64,000 nt of DNA from Eledone cirrhosa (taxonomy: Eukaryota): contig OZ024743.1 in the NCBI GenBank assembly GCA_964016885.1, forward strand, positions 276,768,001 through 276,832,000, written 5' to 3'. Below are positions 40,085 through 55,502 of this stretch, piece by piece; position 1 is the first letter of the stretch, and every line of letters starts with the position of its first letter. Made by a program: the position numbers and the translations under genes. The notes below the pieces were generated by a model. It was not told where the DNA came from and searched no databases. It worked only from the letters and a program-made list of their open reading frames with translations.

Positions 40085-40276
40085 AATTGTTTCTACTTTG
40101 GGCACAAGGCCAGCAATAATCCAGTGCATTACTGGTACTTTATTTTATCGACCCCGTATGGATGAAAGGCAAAGTTAACCACGGCGGGATTTGAACTTAG
40201 ATTGGAAAGGGCCGTAACTCTATGCATCAAAGCATGGCGTCCGACCCTCTACTGATACTGCCAATCCACCACCCAA
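40085..40276 (-). mobile_element. SINE family A
   Basis: Reverse complement of the 19344-19533 type. Confidence 0.9.
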
Positions 40277-40681
40277 AATTAAGATATATAATGCCTTAAG
40301 ACAGACGTGTTTGTAATATGTCCCAAAGGAAAGTTCCGTACATGCACAGATATATCTAAGTGTGCATGTATGACCATAAGTATGCATACATGCATGTGTG
40401 TTATATATGCACATACATATACACAACACACACATACTCCACACACACACACATCATACACACATACACACACACACACGCACATATATATATATATATA
40501 TAAATAATTACACATACACACACACACACATATATATATATATTTACATACATACATATATATATATATGTATATATACATATATATACATATATATTTA
40601 CATATATATATACGTATATAAATATACATACAAGCACACACGCATATTATATACATATATATACATATATATATATATGTA

Positions 40682-40747
<66 letters not shown>

Positions 40748-40780
40748 CATATATATACATATATATTCATACATAGACAA

Positions 40781-40813
<33 letters not shown>

Positions 40814-41150
40814 CAGTATATATATATATAAATATATATATATATACGCATATTCATGCATTGCATGCACACAAATGCATATACGTACATACATATGTAA
40901 AGAGAAAGAAAAGAACAGTGAAAATTAAAAGACAAAACAGCAATGGTGGGAGGTAAGTAGGTAAGTGGATAGGTGGACGAGGAAGAAAAATATAACATTC
41001 GTTTTAAACAAAGATAACACGGCTGAATCCGATAAAAACAATAATAATTTAAATATAACGAAATTGAAGCACAATAACAAAATTAAATAAGTCTTTATTT
41101 CAATAGACATATGTTGTTTATGTTTTTATGTTTGTATATTTATTAATTCA

Positions 41151-41254
<104 letters not shown>

Positions 41255-41288
41255 AATTTCTATCTCTATCTGTCTCTTTCTCTCTCTG

Positions 41289-41346
<58 letters not shown>

Positions 41347-41354
41347 AAAATATA

Positions 41355-41450
<96 letters not shown>

Positions 41451-41850
41451 TATATCATATATATATATATATCATATATATATATATATGTTAAAATACA
41501 TATTTATTCATATAGTATATATGAACATACGTACATGTTTACGTTATTGATACATGCACAAACACAATCACATACGCACACACACACACACACACATATA
41601 TATGTGTATGTGTGAGCCTACATTTATCCCAACTATACATTTTACTTCTATAATTTACATCTCTTGTTTCACGTACTTATTTATTTACTCATTTATTTAT
41701 TTATTACATTGTCAAATTCGTTTATTTCTTTTATTTGTTTATTGCCCAAATTATAGAGAAATCACAGTTTTCCAACGTTATTTTCGAAGACAAGTTCTTC
41801 GGAATTAATATTAAAACTAAAATCGAATATCTTTTGTTGGTGAAAGTTTT

Positions 41851-41926
<76 letters not shown>

Positions 41927-42294
41927 TCTTCCTTTTTTTTTCAGATCTCTTCTGCATTAGAAACATTTGAAAGAATACCTCACATTAAATAAATTCAGCC
42001 GCCATTTTTATTAATAGGGGGAGACAACAACAGCAGCACAACACAAACCAACCACACAAACAACCATAAATATAATGAAAAAACAACAACAATAACAAAC
42101 AGACAGACAAACATAAGCCAACTCATTAGTTTGTCGCAAATTTCCACAAGCGTATTTTAAAATAACTTCTAATTAAATTGCTGTTTTCTTTTGTTCAGTC
42201 GACAAATTATTGAATGGCTAAATATTTACTTTAAAATATTTTATTTTATGTATTTAGGCTTTTTTGTTTGTTGTTGTTTCGTTTACCTTTGTTC

Positions 42295-42364
<70 letters not shown>

Positions 42365-42481
42365 GCGTATATATATGTGTATATATATGTATATATATAT
42401 GTATATATATATGTGTATATATATGTATATATATATGTATATATATATGTGTATACACCCCACACATATATGCATGTATGC

Positions 42482-42530
<49 letters not shown>

Positions 42531-42644
42531 AAATACGCTTTAGGAAAAATACTGACACAAATACACTGGAAAATTTTGAATTCAATTAAATAATAATATC
42601 GAAAGGCGAACTTCGTTATGAGTGTATATTTTTGCCTGTCCGTG

Positions 42645-42728
<84 letters not shown>

Positions 42729-42949
42729 TGTGTATGAGTTTGTGTGTTTGTTTGCATGTTTGTGTGTCTGTGTACGTGTGTGTGTTCGTGCATGTATTAT
42801 CTCAGACGCAGACACACCGTCACACGTACAGAAACACACATATATCGGCTTACGCGCGTACACACAGACTCATACACACACATAGATATATATAGGGAGA
42901 GAATGATATATATATATGTATACATATATGTGTGCGTATGTATATATGT

Positions 42950-43295
42950 CTCTATGTATGTATGTATGTTTGTATGTATGTATGTTTGTTTGTATGTATG
43001 TATGTATGTATGTATGTATGTTTGTTTGTTTGTATGTATATATGTATGTATGTATGTTTGTTTGTTTGTATGTATGTATGTATGTATGTATGTATTTATG
43101 TATGTTTGTTTGTTTGTATGTATGTATGTTTGTTTGTATGTATGTATGTATGTATGTATGTATGTATGTATGTATGTATGTATGTATTTATGTATGTATG
43201 TATGTATGTATGTATGTTTGTATGTATGTATGTATGTATGTATGTATGTATGTATTTATGTATGTATGTATGTATGTATGTATGTATGTATGTAC
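42950..43295. repeat. (TATG/TTTG)n tetranucleotide microsatellite
   Basis: Direct reading of the sequence. Confidence 0.95.
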
Positions 43296-43658
43296 AGACA
43301 GACGGAATGAGATCGATACGTAAACAATAACTGTTACTAAAATTCATTTGGAATGGAAAGTAAATTGAGGCTGGAATTAGTGATGAAATCTGTGAGAAAC
43401 GAATGTTGTTTGAAAACAAAAGGTCACACAGACAACAGAAAATACTGTTATTTGTATTGAAAAATAACAAGATTGATAGGCTGGTTGGTAAGGTGGTATG
43501 ATGGTTGGTTGGTAGAATACTAGGTAGGTTGGTAGGTTGGTAGGTTGGTAGGTTAGTTGGTTGTTGGTAATATGTAGCTAAGGAGATTGGTAGTATATGT
43601 GTTGTTATTTAATATTGGTATCTAGATAGGCGGACAGATAGATACATTTTTATATCTG

Positions 43659-43705
<47 letters not shown>

Positions 43706-43742
43706 GTGTATATATATATATATATGTATATATATGTATATA

Positions 43743-43847
<105 letters not shown>

Positions 43848-43880
43848 GTATGTATATATACATATTATATATATATATTA

Positions 43881-44488
43881 TGTCAGGTCACCAGTTGGTG
43901 CTACTGGTAACATGTATCCCAGTACAACCTGTCTCATGGTCGGGTCGTTGGCGACTAAACTGGCAACCCCACCAAGGTTTCTTGGTGAGGAGGGTGACTT
44001 TGGACATCCTGCAGGACTAAAAACAAAACCTGTCAAAGGGCAAAGGAGCTCTTAAGAGTCAATGGCCATCCAAAATCACCGGGAGAGATGACCCCTTAGC
44101 CTTTGTCAAGGCAGAATTCTAGGAGAAGGAAAACTCTGATATAACACCTGCAACTCTGATGGTATCCAATAATGTTGACTTGTTCTTCTTTTTGGTAAAT
44201 ATCATCTTGGTTAAGAGAGTGGGACTGGCTTTGTGCAGTACCTTTGCTCACTATAAAAGCTTCACGGCACAGGCATTGCTTTATATCTGGAGATCTCTGC
44301 ACTTGTCGTCACATGGTACCATGGGCCCCGCACTATGTGTCAATAATTGTCACAAGTGTAGTGTTTGTACCAGAGTTTTCAAGTCGCTGGCTGGACTAAA
44401 AAGTCACACTCGTTCAGCGCATCGGTAGGGGTTCTCCTACATGGATATAAAGTAGTGGCCGTACTCGAAAACGAGTTGGCAGCCACCA
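43881..44488 (+). mobile_element. Non-autonomous RTE-derived element, longest copy, inserted in (TA)n
   Basis: GC-richer head followed by the zinc-finger tail HKCSVCTRVFKSLAGLKSHTRSAHR and a gccgtactcgaaaacgagttggcagccacc terminus resembling the RTE end at 30551. Confidence 0.8.
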
Positions 44489-45182
44489 TATATATATTGG
44501 TAAAAGGAAAAGAAAATGCTGACAAATTGCGCCCAGTGAAAAATAGTTTAATTAGGAATAAGTAAAAATTAGTAATAAGTATTGGTTAGTATTCAGTTTT
44601 AGTTTTAAGTTTTTACCGGTTGCGCATTTCTGATGCTTTTCAAAAATAATTTTGAGATAGAGCGGCCGTGATGTTTGCTCTAATCTGATTAGTTTTGGAA
44701 ATTCTACCTGTTTTATGTGAAACAAGTGGCTCCATATATATATATATATATATAGGTATGTATATATATATATATAAAACAATTTACCGACCTATCAAAC
44801 TAACTACGACCTTAAATACATAGCTCTATATTTATGCAACTTTCGTCCCTTTATCTATCTGAATATCTACCCGACTGTCTATCATCATATTTATCTAACT
44901 CTCTTGCTAATACTTACCTGTGAATCTATCTACCAAATTACGTATCTACTTATCATGGATTTATACAATTCTCTCTTTCTACCTAAATCTCTGTTGATCT
45001 ATTACCTAACTATTTATCTTTCAATTATTTTACCTAACAATTCATTTCCCTACCTATCTATCTATCATTATACCTATGACCAAATCTACTTGTGTTCCTT
45101 TCTAGCTATCACCGTGTAAGTCTTTATATACATATACACTTATCTATTTACCTATCTTCCAACATATGCACCTACCAACATT

Positions 45183-45258
<76 letters not shown>

Positions 45259-45280
45259 TCCTCACAATCTCTCTCTTTCT

Positions 45281-45374
<94 letters not shown>

Positions 45375-45390
45375 TATATATATACATACC

Positions 45391-45453
<63 letters not shown>

Positions 45454-45471
45454 TTATATATACATGTATAT

Positions 45472-45510
<39 letters not shown>

Positions 45511-45535
45511 TATATATACATATATATATATACAC

Positions 45536-45646
<111 letters not shown>

Positions 45647-45679
45647 CATACCTATATATATATATATATAGAGCCACTT

Positions 45680-45700
45680 TTATATGTATATATATACATA

Positions 45701-45733
<33 letters not shown>

Positions 45734-45964
45734 AGCCACTTTTTTCACATAAAACAGGTAGAATTTCCAAAACTAATCAGATTAGAGCAAACATCACGGG
45801 TGCTCTATCTCACAATTATTTTTGAAAAGCATTAGAAATGCGCAACCGGTAAAAACTTAAAACTAAAACTGAATACTAACCAATACTTATTACTAATTTT
45901 TACTTATTCCTAATTAAACTATTTTTCACTGGGAACAATTTGTCAGCATTTTCTTTTCCTTTCA

Positions 45965-46027
<63 letters not shown>

Positions 46028-46521
46028 TGGCTGCCAACTCGTTTTCGAGTACGGCCACTACTTTATATCCATGTAGGAGAACCCCTACCGATGTGCTGAA
46101 CGAGTGTGAATTTTTAGTCCAGCCAGCGACTTGAAAACTCTGGTACAAACACTACACTTGTGACAATCTTTGACACATAGTGCTGGGCCCATGGTATCAT
46201 GTGACGACAAGTGCAGAGAGATCTCCAGATATAAAGCAATGCCTGTGCCGTGAAGCTTTTATAGTGAGCAAAGGCACTGCACAAAGCCAGTCCCACTCTC
46301 TTAACCAAGATGATATTTACCAAAAAGAAGAACAAGTCAACACTATTGGATACCATCAGGGTTGCAGGTGTTATATCAGAGTTTTTCTTCTCCTAGAATT
46401 CTGCCTTGACAAAGGCTAAGGGTCATCTCACCCGGTGATTTTGGATGGTCATTGACTCTTAAGAGCTCCTTTTCCCTTTGACAGGTTTTGTTTTTAGTCC
46501 TGCAGGATGTCCAAAGTCACC
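45680..46521 (-). repeat. Inverted duplicate of ~43993-44780 (RTE derivative + ~290 bp flank)
   Basis: The reverse-complement match continues beyond the element into the flanking sequence. Confidence 0.9.
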
Positions 46522-46652
46522 GTTAGGTTTGTGAAATCTCGCATGCCTTAATTTCAATTCTTATTAATAACTGTATTATTTCTTTCCAGGTAAACTGACT
46601 CCAGACTGTTCAAAGCAGACTTCAAATGCAGCTAGTAGTTACTTCACTTGAA

Positions 46653-46872
46653 AATGGACAACATTTGACATCGTGCTGTAGCTGCAGAAAAAGAGTTTAG
46701 CCCCTAAAGTCATTCATGCTGACATGGTTGTTACAATAGGAGATGACGTTCTAACTCTATCAACAGTAAGATGGGATGAAAGTGTCTTGAAGATGACCCA
46801 ATGACTGGACGTCCTGCAGCTGCTCCCACCGAGGAAAACATTGATCGTGTTCACCACAATGTGATGGATGAC
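46653..46872 (+). pseudogene. Mariner transposase N-terminal (HTH) fragment
   Basis: Reads in pieces MDNI*HRAV..LAPKVIHADMVVTIGDD..LEDDPMTGRPAAAPTEENIDRVHHNVMDD. Confidence 0.75.
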
Positions 46873-47099
46873 ATATATGTAATTTAACACAGTAAAATAA
46901 GCTTTATGGTAAAATGAAGCCCCAAGTTAAAAAGTTCAAAAAGCTTAGACTTTTAAGTTTAGGACTGATGTATATGCGCTTAATTCGTCGTCGATGAGCC
47001 TGATTAACATTATGGAGCTAGAGTCTCTACCAATTTAGTATGTATATAGTATGTTTTTACATTCTACGTATAGTATACTTTGACACTATATAATAGATA

Positions 47100-47470
47100 T
47101 ATTTCTTTATTAGCCACAGGGGCACAAAAGAAGGGGACAAATACAAAGGGGGAAGTTTACATACAATAAAAACGTGTAAAATATTATCACAAATGCAATT
47201 TAAAAATTAATCGATTTTCCCCAATAGGGGGAGACATTACATATGGGTAGCACATACCCCCGGAAAAAAATGTGCAACCCTCATCTCCAGGAGTACGAAG
47301 AGTTTGTACTCCTTTCCTCTCCTCCTCTTTTTCCTCAACCTACAGGCTGATATAGAGAGAAGGCCCATTCACTCGGGCCATTCTCGCCACTTTCACCTAC
47401 CTTTCATAAAACTTGCTGGGGTACAGCACCTCTCTCTCCATCCCGATTCTTCTTCGAAAGTGGTATAGTA
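47100..47470 (-). mobile_element. Tx1/L1-like LINE 3' end
   Basis: Ends tgtccccttcttttgtgcccctgtggctaataaagaaat (polyA signal); the same tip occurs at 55298-55336. Clade assignment is inferred. Confidence 0.55.
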
Positions 47471-47650
47471 CGTTCAATACATACTGTAGAGTTAAAATAT
47501 TTAATGTGCAATACCTTAATCATTATACTATAGTTTCTATGATTCATAGCAGGAGTGCTGAAGAAGGGTGAAAAATACATTCAGTCGGCTGGTGGTATAA
47601 CTTTTCAGATAATCAGCAGGTATTTATTTAATTTTATATCAATAGTCATA

Positions 47651-47872
47651 AGGGTGGTGGATTGACAGTATCGGTAGAGAGTCGGACATCATGCTTTGAA
47701 GCATAGAGTTACGTCTCTTTATGATCTGAGTTCAAATCCCGCCGAGGTTAACTTTGCTTTCATCTTTACGGGGTCAATAAAATAAAGTACCAATCACGCA
47801 CTGGGGTCGATTTAATCTACTTTCCCTTCCCTCCAAATTGCTGACCTTGTGCCTATATAAGAAACCATTATA
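47651..47872 (+). mobile_element. SINE family A
   Basis: Head, B-box and core all present. Confidence 0.9.
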
Positions 47873-48509
47873 TCAATAGTCATAAGGATGGATAGAACAT
47901 GTGAGTATTCTTGCTAAATAGCTGTATATTAATCCATTCGCAGGAATCTTCGTGCTCTTAAATAAAATAAACTGTGCTTGGATTGGTGCATGTAATCCTC
48001 TGCCTCATAAATAGTTGCTTCCACATTACATGAATGATTAAGAGGGCATGTGTCTGTGTTACTGCATGAGTAATTTGCCATGGTTGTTCCCGTTAACTTA
48101 CTTATAATTAAGTTTTTTCTTATTGAATGTGCAGCTATAGATAAGTTTCAAGTTATTTCTATTGAATAATTTCCCGTAATGCTGATTAAAGCGTAAATAT
48201 TTATTAATTATGACTAGGAAATATGTTTACTATGATAGCTTTAACGTTTAGATAGTTGTAGATCCCATATTATGGCGCCTTTAATATTTAATATTTTGTT
48301 TACATCCGATAGCTTCTAGTTCCGTATAGTAGTATAGCGTGATAATGTTAAATATATTTTTATTTGAAGACAGGTCAAGAATTCTTCTACTGGGATTATT
48401 GATATTGAATGTCGTTTGTAACAACACGGTGTGTCGTGAAGGAGGGCTGGCGTAAAGATGAATCTTAAAATGATGTCCTTTTTGTTTATAAATCTATCCA
48501 TCTATCTAT

Positions 48510-50045
48510 CTAACTGGCTTCATCGATTTCGACGAAGACACCATCATTTCGGCGGGAAAGTCCTCCAGAGGCACATTCAATGGTACAAGCATGGAAGTTC
48601 TGGTCCAAAACATACCCCTTCCAAATAACACAGACACCACAACGGACGAAGCCCCCACATCATCATCAAGTGATGATGAGGAAGAGCCTCTCCGTTCAAA
48701 AAGAAAGAAGAAAAGACACCACAAGAACAAAAAAAAACAACAAACATCACTACAAACATACAACCACCAACACAAACAACACGAACATTACAAACAAAAA
48801 CCCTCCGTCCCGAAAACAAAACCACGACATCACTCCAAACACAAATATCTACAACAAAACGAAAGCTCCCACAAGAACAACATACAAAAACCACCGCAAC
48901 ACAACAAGAACATTACACATACATAAACAGCAAAAACAAAACTTTAATGGAGGTCATCTCCAACGACCCTTCGGTAAAAACCGAAGGGAAAACTTTTTCG
49001 AACTGTGTAGACAAACCTAATTTAAAGATGATTAGGGTCCCTACGGACACCTATAAGTGTTTAAAGGAAAACTTTCCTAAGGACGTGGGTAATCCTTGTG
49101 TTAAACCCATTAACCGCTTCCTTTTAAAAAGTTTCCCCACCCTCACCCCAGACACCCCCACCCCACCAAACATCTCCGTCCCCACCCCGCTGGAAACCAC
49201 CACCCACCCAGACAACTCCTCTAACACCCCCATGTAAACCGTGCGGCCTGATCCCCGGAAGACGAAGAGGTGAGTGTTTTCTTCTCTTTTAACTTTTCAG
49301 AACCAACATGGCCAATATATGAGTTGGGTGTGTGAATGTACGCGGCCTGAGGAAAACTCTTAAACGACATCAGGTCGCTCAGTATGGATGTAGTAGCCAT
49401 TTGCGAGTCCAGGATCCACAGAGAGCGACAGCTGGCTCCCATCTTCGATGACTTTGAGATCTACGCATCTCTCTGTCAGCCGGGGGGTGGGGGTGGGGTT
49501 GCCGTTTTGCTGCGGAAACACCTGGGCCTCGTAACACAGACGGTACATCTGGACCCGGAGGGTCCACTGGTGGTCCTAGACATTGACGGTAGTGAAGGTG
49601 AAGCCTTCAGGCTGGTGGCCGCATATGCCCCATCCGGGACACCGCGGCCAGACTTCTTCAAACGTCTAGAGACTTTTCTGGGAACGTCCGGCCCCTTGCT
49701 TTTAGTGGGGGACTGGAATGGAATCCTAGATGCACGTTGGGACTATGTGGGAGCATGTCCCGATAAAGAGCGTTGTAACATTCTCAAACAGTTAATCGGC
49801 CGATTTGACCTGGCCGCTAGATATCGACTAGATTTTCCGACTGTGCCACTGTGGACGTGGACTAATCGCAGCGGAACATCTAGATCGTACCTAGATAGGG
49901 TACTAGTTAGAAATAAGGATAGGGACATGTTAAGCTGTCCACAAATGTTCATGGCTGCCTATTCAGATCACAAACTTTGTGACCTGCATGGTCAACCTTG
50001 ATAGAACGCATAGACAAGAGTCCATTCTGGGTGAATCCATTTCGA
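48510..50045 (+). mobile_element. Tx1/L1-clade LINE fragment: ORF1 C-terminus + APE endonuclease
   Basis: VGCVNVRGL, DVVAICESR, AAYAPSG, LVGDWNGILD, WTWTN..SRSYLDRVLV, YSDHKL. Confidence 0.85.
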
Positions 50046-50495
50046 TGTCACAAGATAATTTTTTTTTCTTTTGTTTCTGTTGTCGCTGTGGTGGTGGTGG
50101 TGTGGCAGCTTCAACACCTGCAGTCATTGGTAATGGCGGGAAATGAATGTCTGCATGAGACAAATTTAAATTATTGCTACTGCTTATATTTTTAGTGTTG
50201 GCAAACGTAGTAATATTTACAATGATGGTGTCGGTGTGAGGTGTTAGTTTGTGAGCAAGGTGTGACTGTGAGTCGTCCATGATTCTTTTTCAAAGAAAAA
50301 TCTTTGTTTGATAATTATAAAAGTATAAATTTTAGGCTCAAGGCCCCAATCTTTTTGAGTGTCCTTTTCCGAAAGCAAATTTTGTGACCTTATAAACAGT
50401 TAACAACAAAAATTTTCCATAAATGGCAATTTTAAACAAACGAAAACAACACATTTGCGGAGCTCACGATGATACGATTTCCTACGTAGGTCGCC

Positions 50496-50533
<38 letters not shown>

Positions 50534-50534
<1 letters not shown>

Positions 50535-52217
50535 CCAGAGTGTAAAACAGAGTTAACATCGGGTGGAGAATCCCTGGGAGGCGTGAAGATCAAGAGAGGT
50601 ATCTTTCAGAGAGATAGTTTGTCCCCTCTGCTGTTTGTCCTTGCCCTTATAACCCTGACCATTATATTGCGAAAAGTGAGAGCAGGATACAAGTTGGGAA
50701 AAGGAGAGCTTACCACCAACCACATCCTCTTCATGGACGATCTTAAACTCTTTGGGAAGAGTGAGGAGTTGGATGTACTTGTTGACACTGTCCGTATTTT
50801 CACCAATGATATAAGTGTGGAGTGCTAGTGATGAAGAGGGGTAAATTGAGCAGAAGCAACGGAATCCAGGTACCAACAGGTGAAATGATAAAGGAAATTG
50901 ATTCTGAAGAAGGATACAAATATTTAGGTGTTCTGAAGGCAGATAACATCAAGAACAAAACAAATGAAGGAATTGTTAAAATCTGAGTACATTAGGAGAG
51001 TAAGGAGCGTATCAAAATCACATCTAAATAGTAGGAATGTCATAAGTGCAGTGAATTCCCAAGTTATGTCTATTATTAGGTACAGTGCGGGAATTCTGAA
51101 ATGGAATGTTGCTGAACAAAAAGAAATGGATAGGAAGACTAGAAAGCTATTGACTATCTACAACATGTTCCACAAGAGGAGTGATGTCGATAGACTCTAC
51201 TTAAAGAGATCTGAAGGTGGAAGAGGTCTTATCAGCATAGAGGACTGTGTTCAGATGGAGAAAAACAACCTACACAAATACGTGACTGACAGTAGGGAGC
51301 CAATGCTCAAAGTTGTACTGAAGGAGAGGACAATAGACCAGGGGATGTCCAAGGAGGAAATAACAACAAGGAGAAAGAGCAACCTTCATGAAAAATCCCT
51401 TCATAGTACCTTCTTTAAGAAAACTGAATTTAGCGATCCACAGACATGGAACTGGTTGAAAAGAGGAGACCTTAACAAGGCTACAGAAGGAATGCTTATG
51501 GCTGCGCAAGAGCAGGCCCTCAGAACGAAGTGGGTGAAACACCATATTTACAAGGAGGAGGCTAGCCCACTGTGTAGGATCTGTGGAGAGAGAAAGGAGA
51601 CTCTGGCTCACATTGTATCCGAGTGTAAACACCAAACCCAGATTCACTATAAAGGCTGGAGACATGATGTGATGGGCAGGGTGATCCACTGGCACCTATG
51701 CAAAGTAAACAATTTACCACATTCTGAGAAGTGGTAAGAGCATAAGCCAGAGCCGGTGATAGAAAACGATCAGGTGAAGGTGCTATGGGATTTTAGGATA
51801 CAGACGGACAAGAAATTAGAACACAATAGGCCTGACCTGGTAGTTTTGGACAAGGAAAAAAAGATCATGCCTGATTGTGGATGTGGCCTGCCCATTCGAC
51901 ACGAGAGTGCAAGAGAAGGAGAGGGAGAAAATTAACCGATACCAGGACTTAAAATGGGAGGTAAAAAGGATTTGGGACTGCCATGAAGTCAAGGTCGTCC
52001 CGATTGTCATAGGCGCACTAGGTACTATCTCAAAGAGTTTCCAAGGATGGTTAAAGAAAATTAGCCCAGCCCCGCTTTTTGGAAAACTTCAAAAGGCATG
52101 CTTGCTGGGAACAGCAAGAACCCTCCGATACGTCCTGAATATCTGAGGCTGCAGGTAGCGGCTTGACATTCATTTCAACAAACTTTCCAGTTAAATAACA
52201 TCAATGACTGAGACTCA
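50534..52217 (+). mobile_element. 5'-truncated R4/Dong-like retrotransposon inserted in (TAA)n
   Basis: GIFQRDSLSPLLF, LFMDDLKLF, CRICGERKETLAHIVSEC, RHD, HNRPDL..DVACP..KINRY; (TAA)n on both sides. Confidence 0.92.
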
Positions 52218-52260
<43 letters not shown>

Positions 52261-52275
52261 TATATATATATATAT

Positions 52276-52331
<56 letters not shown>

Positions 52332-52395
52332 TTATATATATCCTTATTATTATTATTATTTTTCTGGGTAGATAATTTATTCAAATATCTTATCC

Positions 52396-52432
<37 letters not shown>

Positions 52433-52931
52433 CCCTGTCTGTCGTACAAGATATAATTAATGTTGTTTCTGTAATATTGTATGAGTCTAGTATTAGATTT
52501 TTTTCTCATCTAATTTCCATTGAGATTTCACGGAACAACGAAATCGAGACGTTTATATTTCGATATATTTTTACTTGTTCATATATATATACACATATTG
52601 TTATATTCGGGGAGGGTCATATTGTTATAATATTGCCAGAAATATATAATAAAACACACTCACTGTTTGGTTTGGATTGGCTTTCGCTTCTGTATATTTT
52701 ATATCCCTATAGTCAATTTAGCTGGGAATTCTTATAGAATTCCAGTAATAATCAGGAGCTGATTATACAGAGCGATTGGCGGTCCAGCAAAAATTAGGTA
52801 TTAGGATTGGCGCTCTGAAATAGCGATGAATGTATATATAGTATATTTGGCAATATATTGTATGTTTAATTAAAAACATTTAGAAGACCATACGATATCA
52901 GTTTTAAAGTAGTGACTATGTCACTTACTTC

Positions 52932-53023
52932 TTTTCGGCGAAAGAAGGGGGAGAAGCGGACAGTCTGTTTCACGCTGGTTGGCGTTTATCAGAGCCACGT
53001 ACTCCCCCTGCTTTCGCCGAAAA
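52932..53023 (-). ncRNA. Type I hammerhead-like motif with long extended stem I (core mutated)
   Basis: CUGAUAA-ACGC(CAACCA)GCGU-GAAAC..GUC enclosed by uuuucggcgaaag/cuuucgccgaaaa and agggggag/cucccccu helices. Confidence 0.5.
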
Positions 53024-53073
53024 TTATAGAAGCTGGATTCTTATATAATTCCAGTAATAATCAGAGAGAGAGA

Positions 53074-53163
<90 letters not shown>

Positions 53164-53233
53164 TTTATCCCGGGTTCAATCGGAGGTAACCACAGTATGT
53201 AAGGTAATCATTACATAGCAAAGTATAAATATT

Positions 53234-53330
53234 TAATATAGACATGGTTTCTACAGGACTAGAACTGTTTCATTCAGGAGAAATCATGATTTCTCCCAAA
53301 GGAAACACCTCTAGTCCTGTAGAAGGCATT

Positions 53331-53339
<9 letters not shown>
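53234..53339. repeat. Fold-back palindrome adjacent to (TA)n
   Basis: ttctacaggactaga...ggagaaatcatgatttctcc...tctagtcctgtagaa. Confidence 0.8.
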
Positions 53340-53409
<70 letters not shown>

Positions 53410-53842
53410 GTTACCTGTATGTATAACAACATATAACTCTTTCCAAAGCTTAGATCTCTGAAGGGCGTAAGGAACTTTGGATGGATGTACTCTAGTTATA
53501 GACATGAACACAAGGTGTTATTCTTATGGAACACCAGCAGTTGCTCATGCATGCAAGACTCTACTTTCCACACCACCAAACATCTATATCATTATGTTAG
53601 TATTTATATGTGAACTCAATATATCTTGTTTGTTAAACCATAATTCATCTCTATAGCGTACGTAAGGTAACTTAAACCTTAGAAATAACCAATAACGATC
53701 TCCCATTCCAATCACACACAAACACGTTGCTTCTACCAGCGGATATCGATACAGTTATCGATTTATCTATATATTCATATAGACTATAGACGCATATATA
53801 TATACCAATATTCAACCATATGCACACACACACACACACACA

Positions 53843-53918
<76 letters not shown>

Positions 53919-54282
53919 GTATAAATATCTATATAGTTATACATATACGTGTATATACAGTTATGAGCGTATGGGTGAATACAGGTATATACATGCGTCT
54001 ATAGTGTATATGAATATGGAGATAAATCGATACATACACACACACACTGACACGCACGCACACACACACACAGACACACACTCGCACACACACACACACA
54101 CACTTACACATATATGCATATGTACATAAATTAGCCCACATTTGTGTTCGAGTTTTTGAGTGTTTCCAATCGCGTTCGCATAATTTTTATTCCGTGCATA
54201 ACGTTACAGTGTTGTTTGTTATCTATCAATATGTACACCAGTGTATATGTAATTCTGTGTACGTGCATACAACAGCACATAC

Positions 54283-54362
<80 letters not shown>

Positions 54363-54403
54363 GTATGTGCTGTTGTATGCATATATATATATGTATATGC
54401 GGG

Positions 54404-54434
<31 letters not shown>

Positions 54435-54469
54435 GTATATGGATCTATATATATATGTATATGCGTATA

Positions 54470-54541
<72 letters not shown>

Positions 54542-54553
54542 TATATTTATATT

Positions 54554-54616
<63 letters not shown>

Positions 54617-55132
54617 TGTGTGTGTGTGTGTGTGTGTGTACGTGTGTGTGTCTGCGATGAGCGCGGTGTAATAAAATGCATAATTAAATTTGGTGCTGAT
54701 TTAAAATCGTGTCTTTGATGTTATAAACTATTTCAGATTCATACTTATTTTCTACATGACAAATTGCGATGTTACAGCCTCCTATAATTTCATCGTTCGC
54801 TTGCTTACCTTATTGCGAATGCACCTACATGTTATGCAGGCGTATGTATGTGCTTTCCTCTGTGTGTTCATGTATGACTAAAATCAGGAGTGAAACCGTT
54901 CCTATAAACAGACTTTTACCAGTTCGTTCCAAATGAAGAAATTATTTCGATTTTTAAAAGCTTGTGTTAAAAATCAGTGTAAGGGACTGTGTGGAAGCTA
55001 TTTAAAATGGCGGAAAATGGTTCGTTTGTATGCTGTTGGTAAGTGGTTGTATTGAGTGTCATTTGTAGCAACATGGTGTGCGGTGAAGGAGAGCTGGCGT
55101 AAAGATGAATCTTAAAAGGATGTTCTTTTTAC

Positions 55133-55215
<83 letters not shown>

Positions 55216-55502
55216 GCTATTTATCTATCTATTTATCTATCTAGCTAGTTAGCTATTTATGTATGTATCTATCTACATATCTGTCTGACTGTCTGTCTGT
55301 CCCCTTCTTTTGTGCCTTTGTGGCTAATAAAGAAATTTATCTATATATATATACACATATACATGTATGTCCGTATATATATATATATATATATATATAT
55401 ACTTATTAATACGTGTAGCAGAGTATATTTATTTGTATGAATTTGATGACTCACGTCATAAACATTTGGTGTTTCACGCAAGGCATTCGTTCAGGTTGTC
55501 TG

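Noticed and set aside
33156-40129. >2000-aa Pro/Ser/Thr-, His- or Gly-rich ORFs
   Set aside because: They are open in most frames because of triplet satellite composition, switch repeat register at frame slips, and one starts inside a SINE.
43881-43975. Possible HDV-like ribozyme at the 5' end of the RTE derivative
   Set aside because: Hairpins and a CUAA motif are present, but I could not assemble a consistent nested double pseudoknot by eye.
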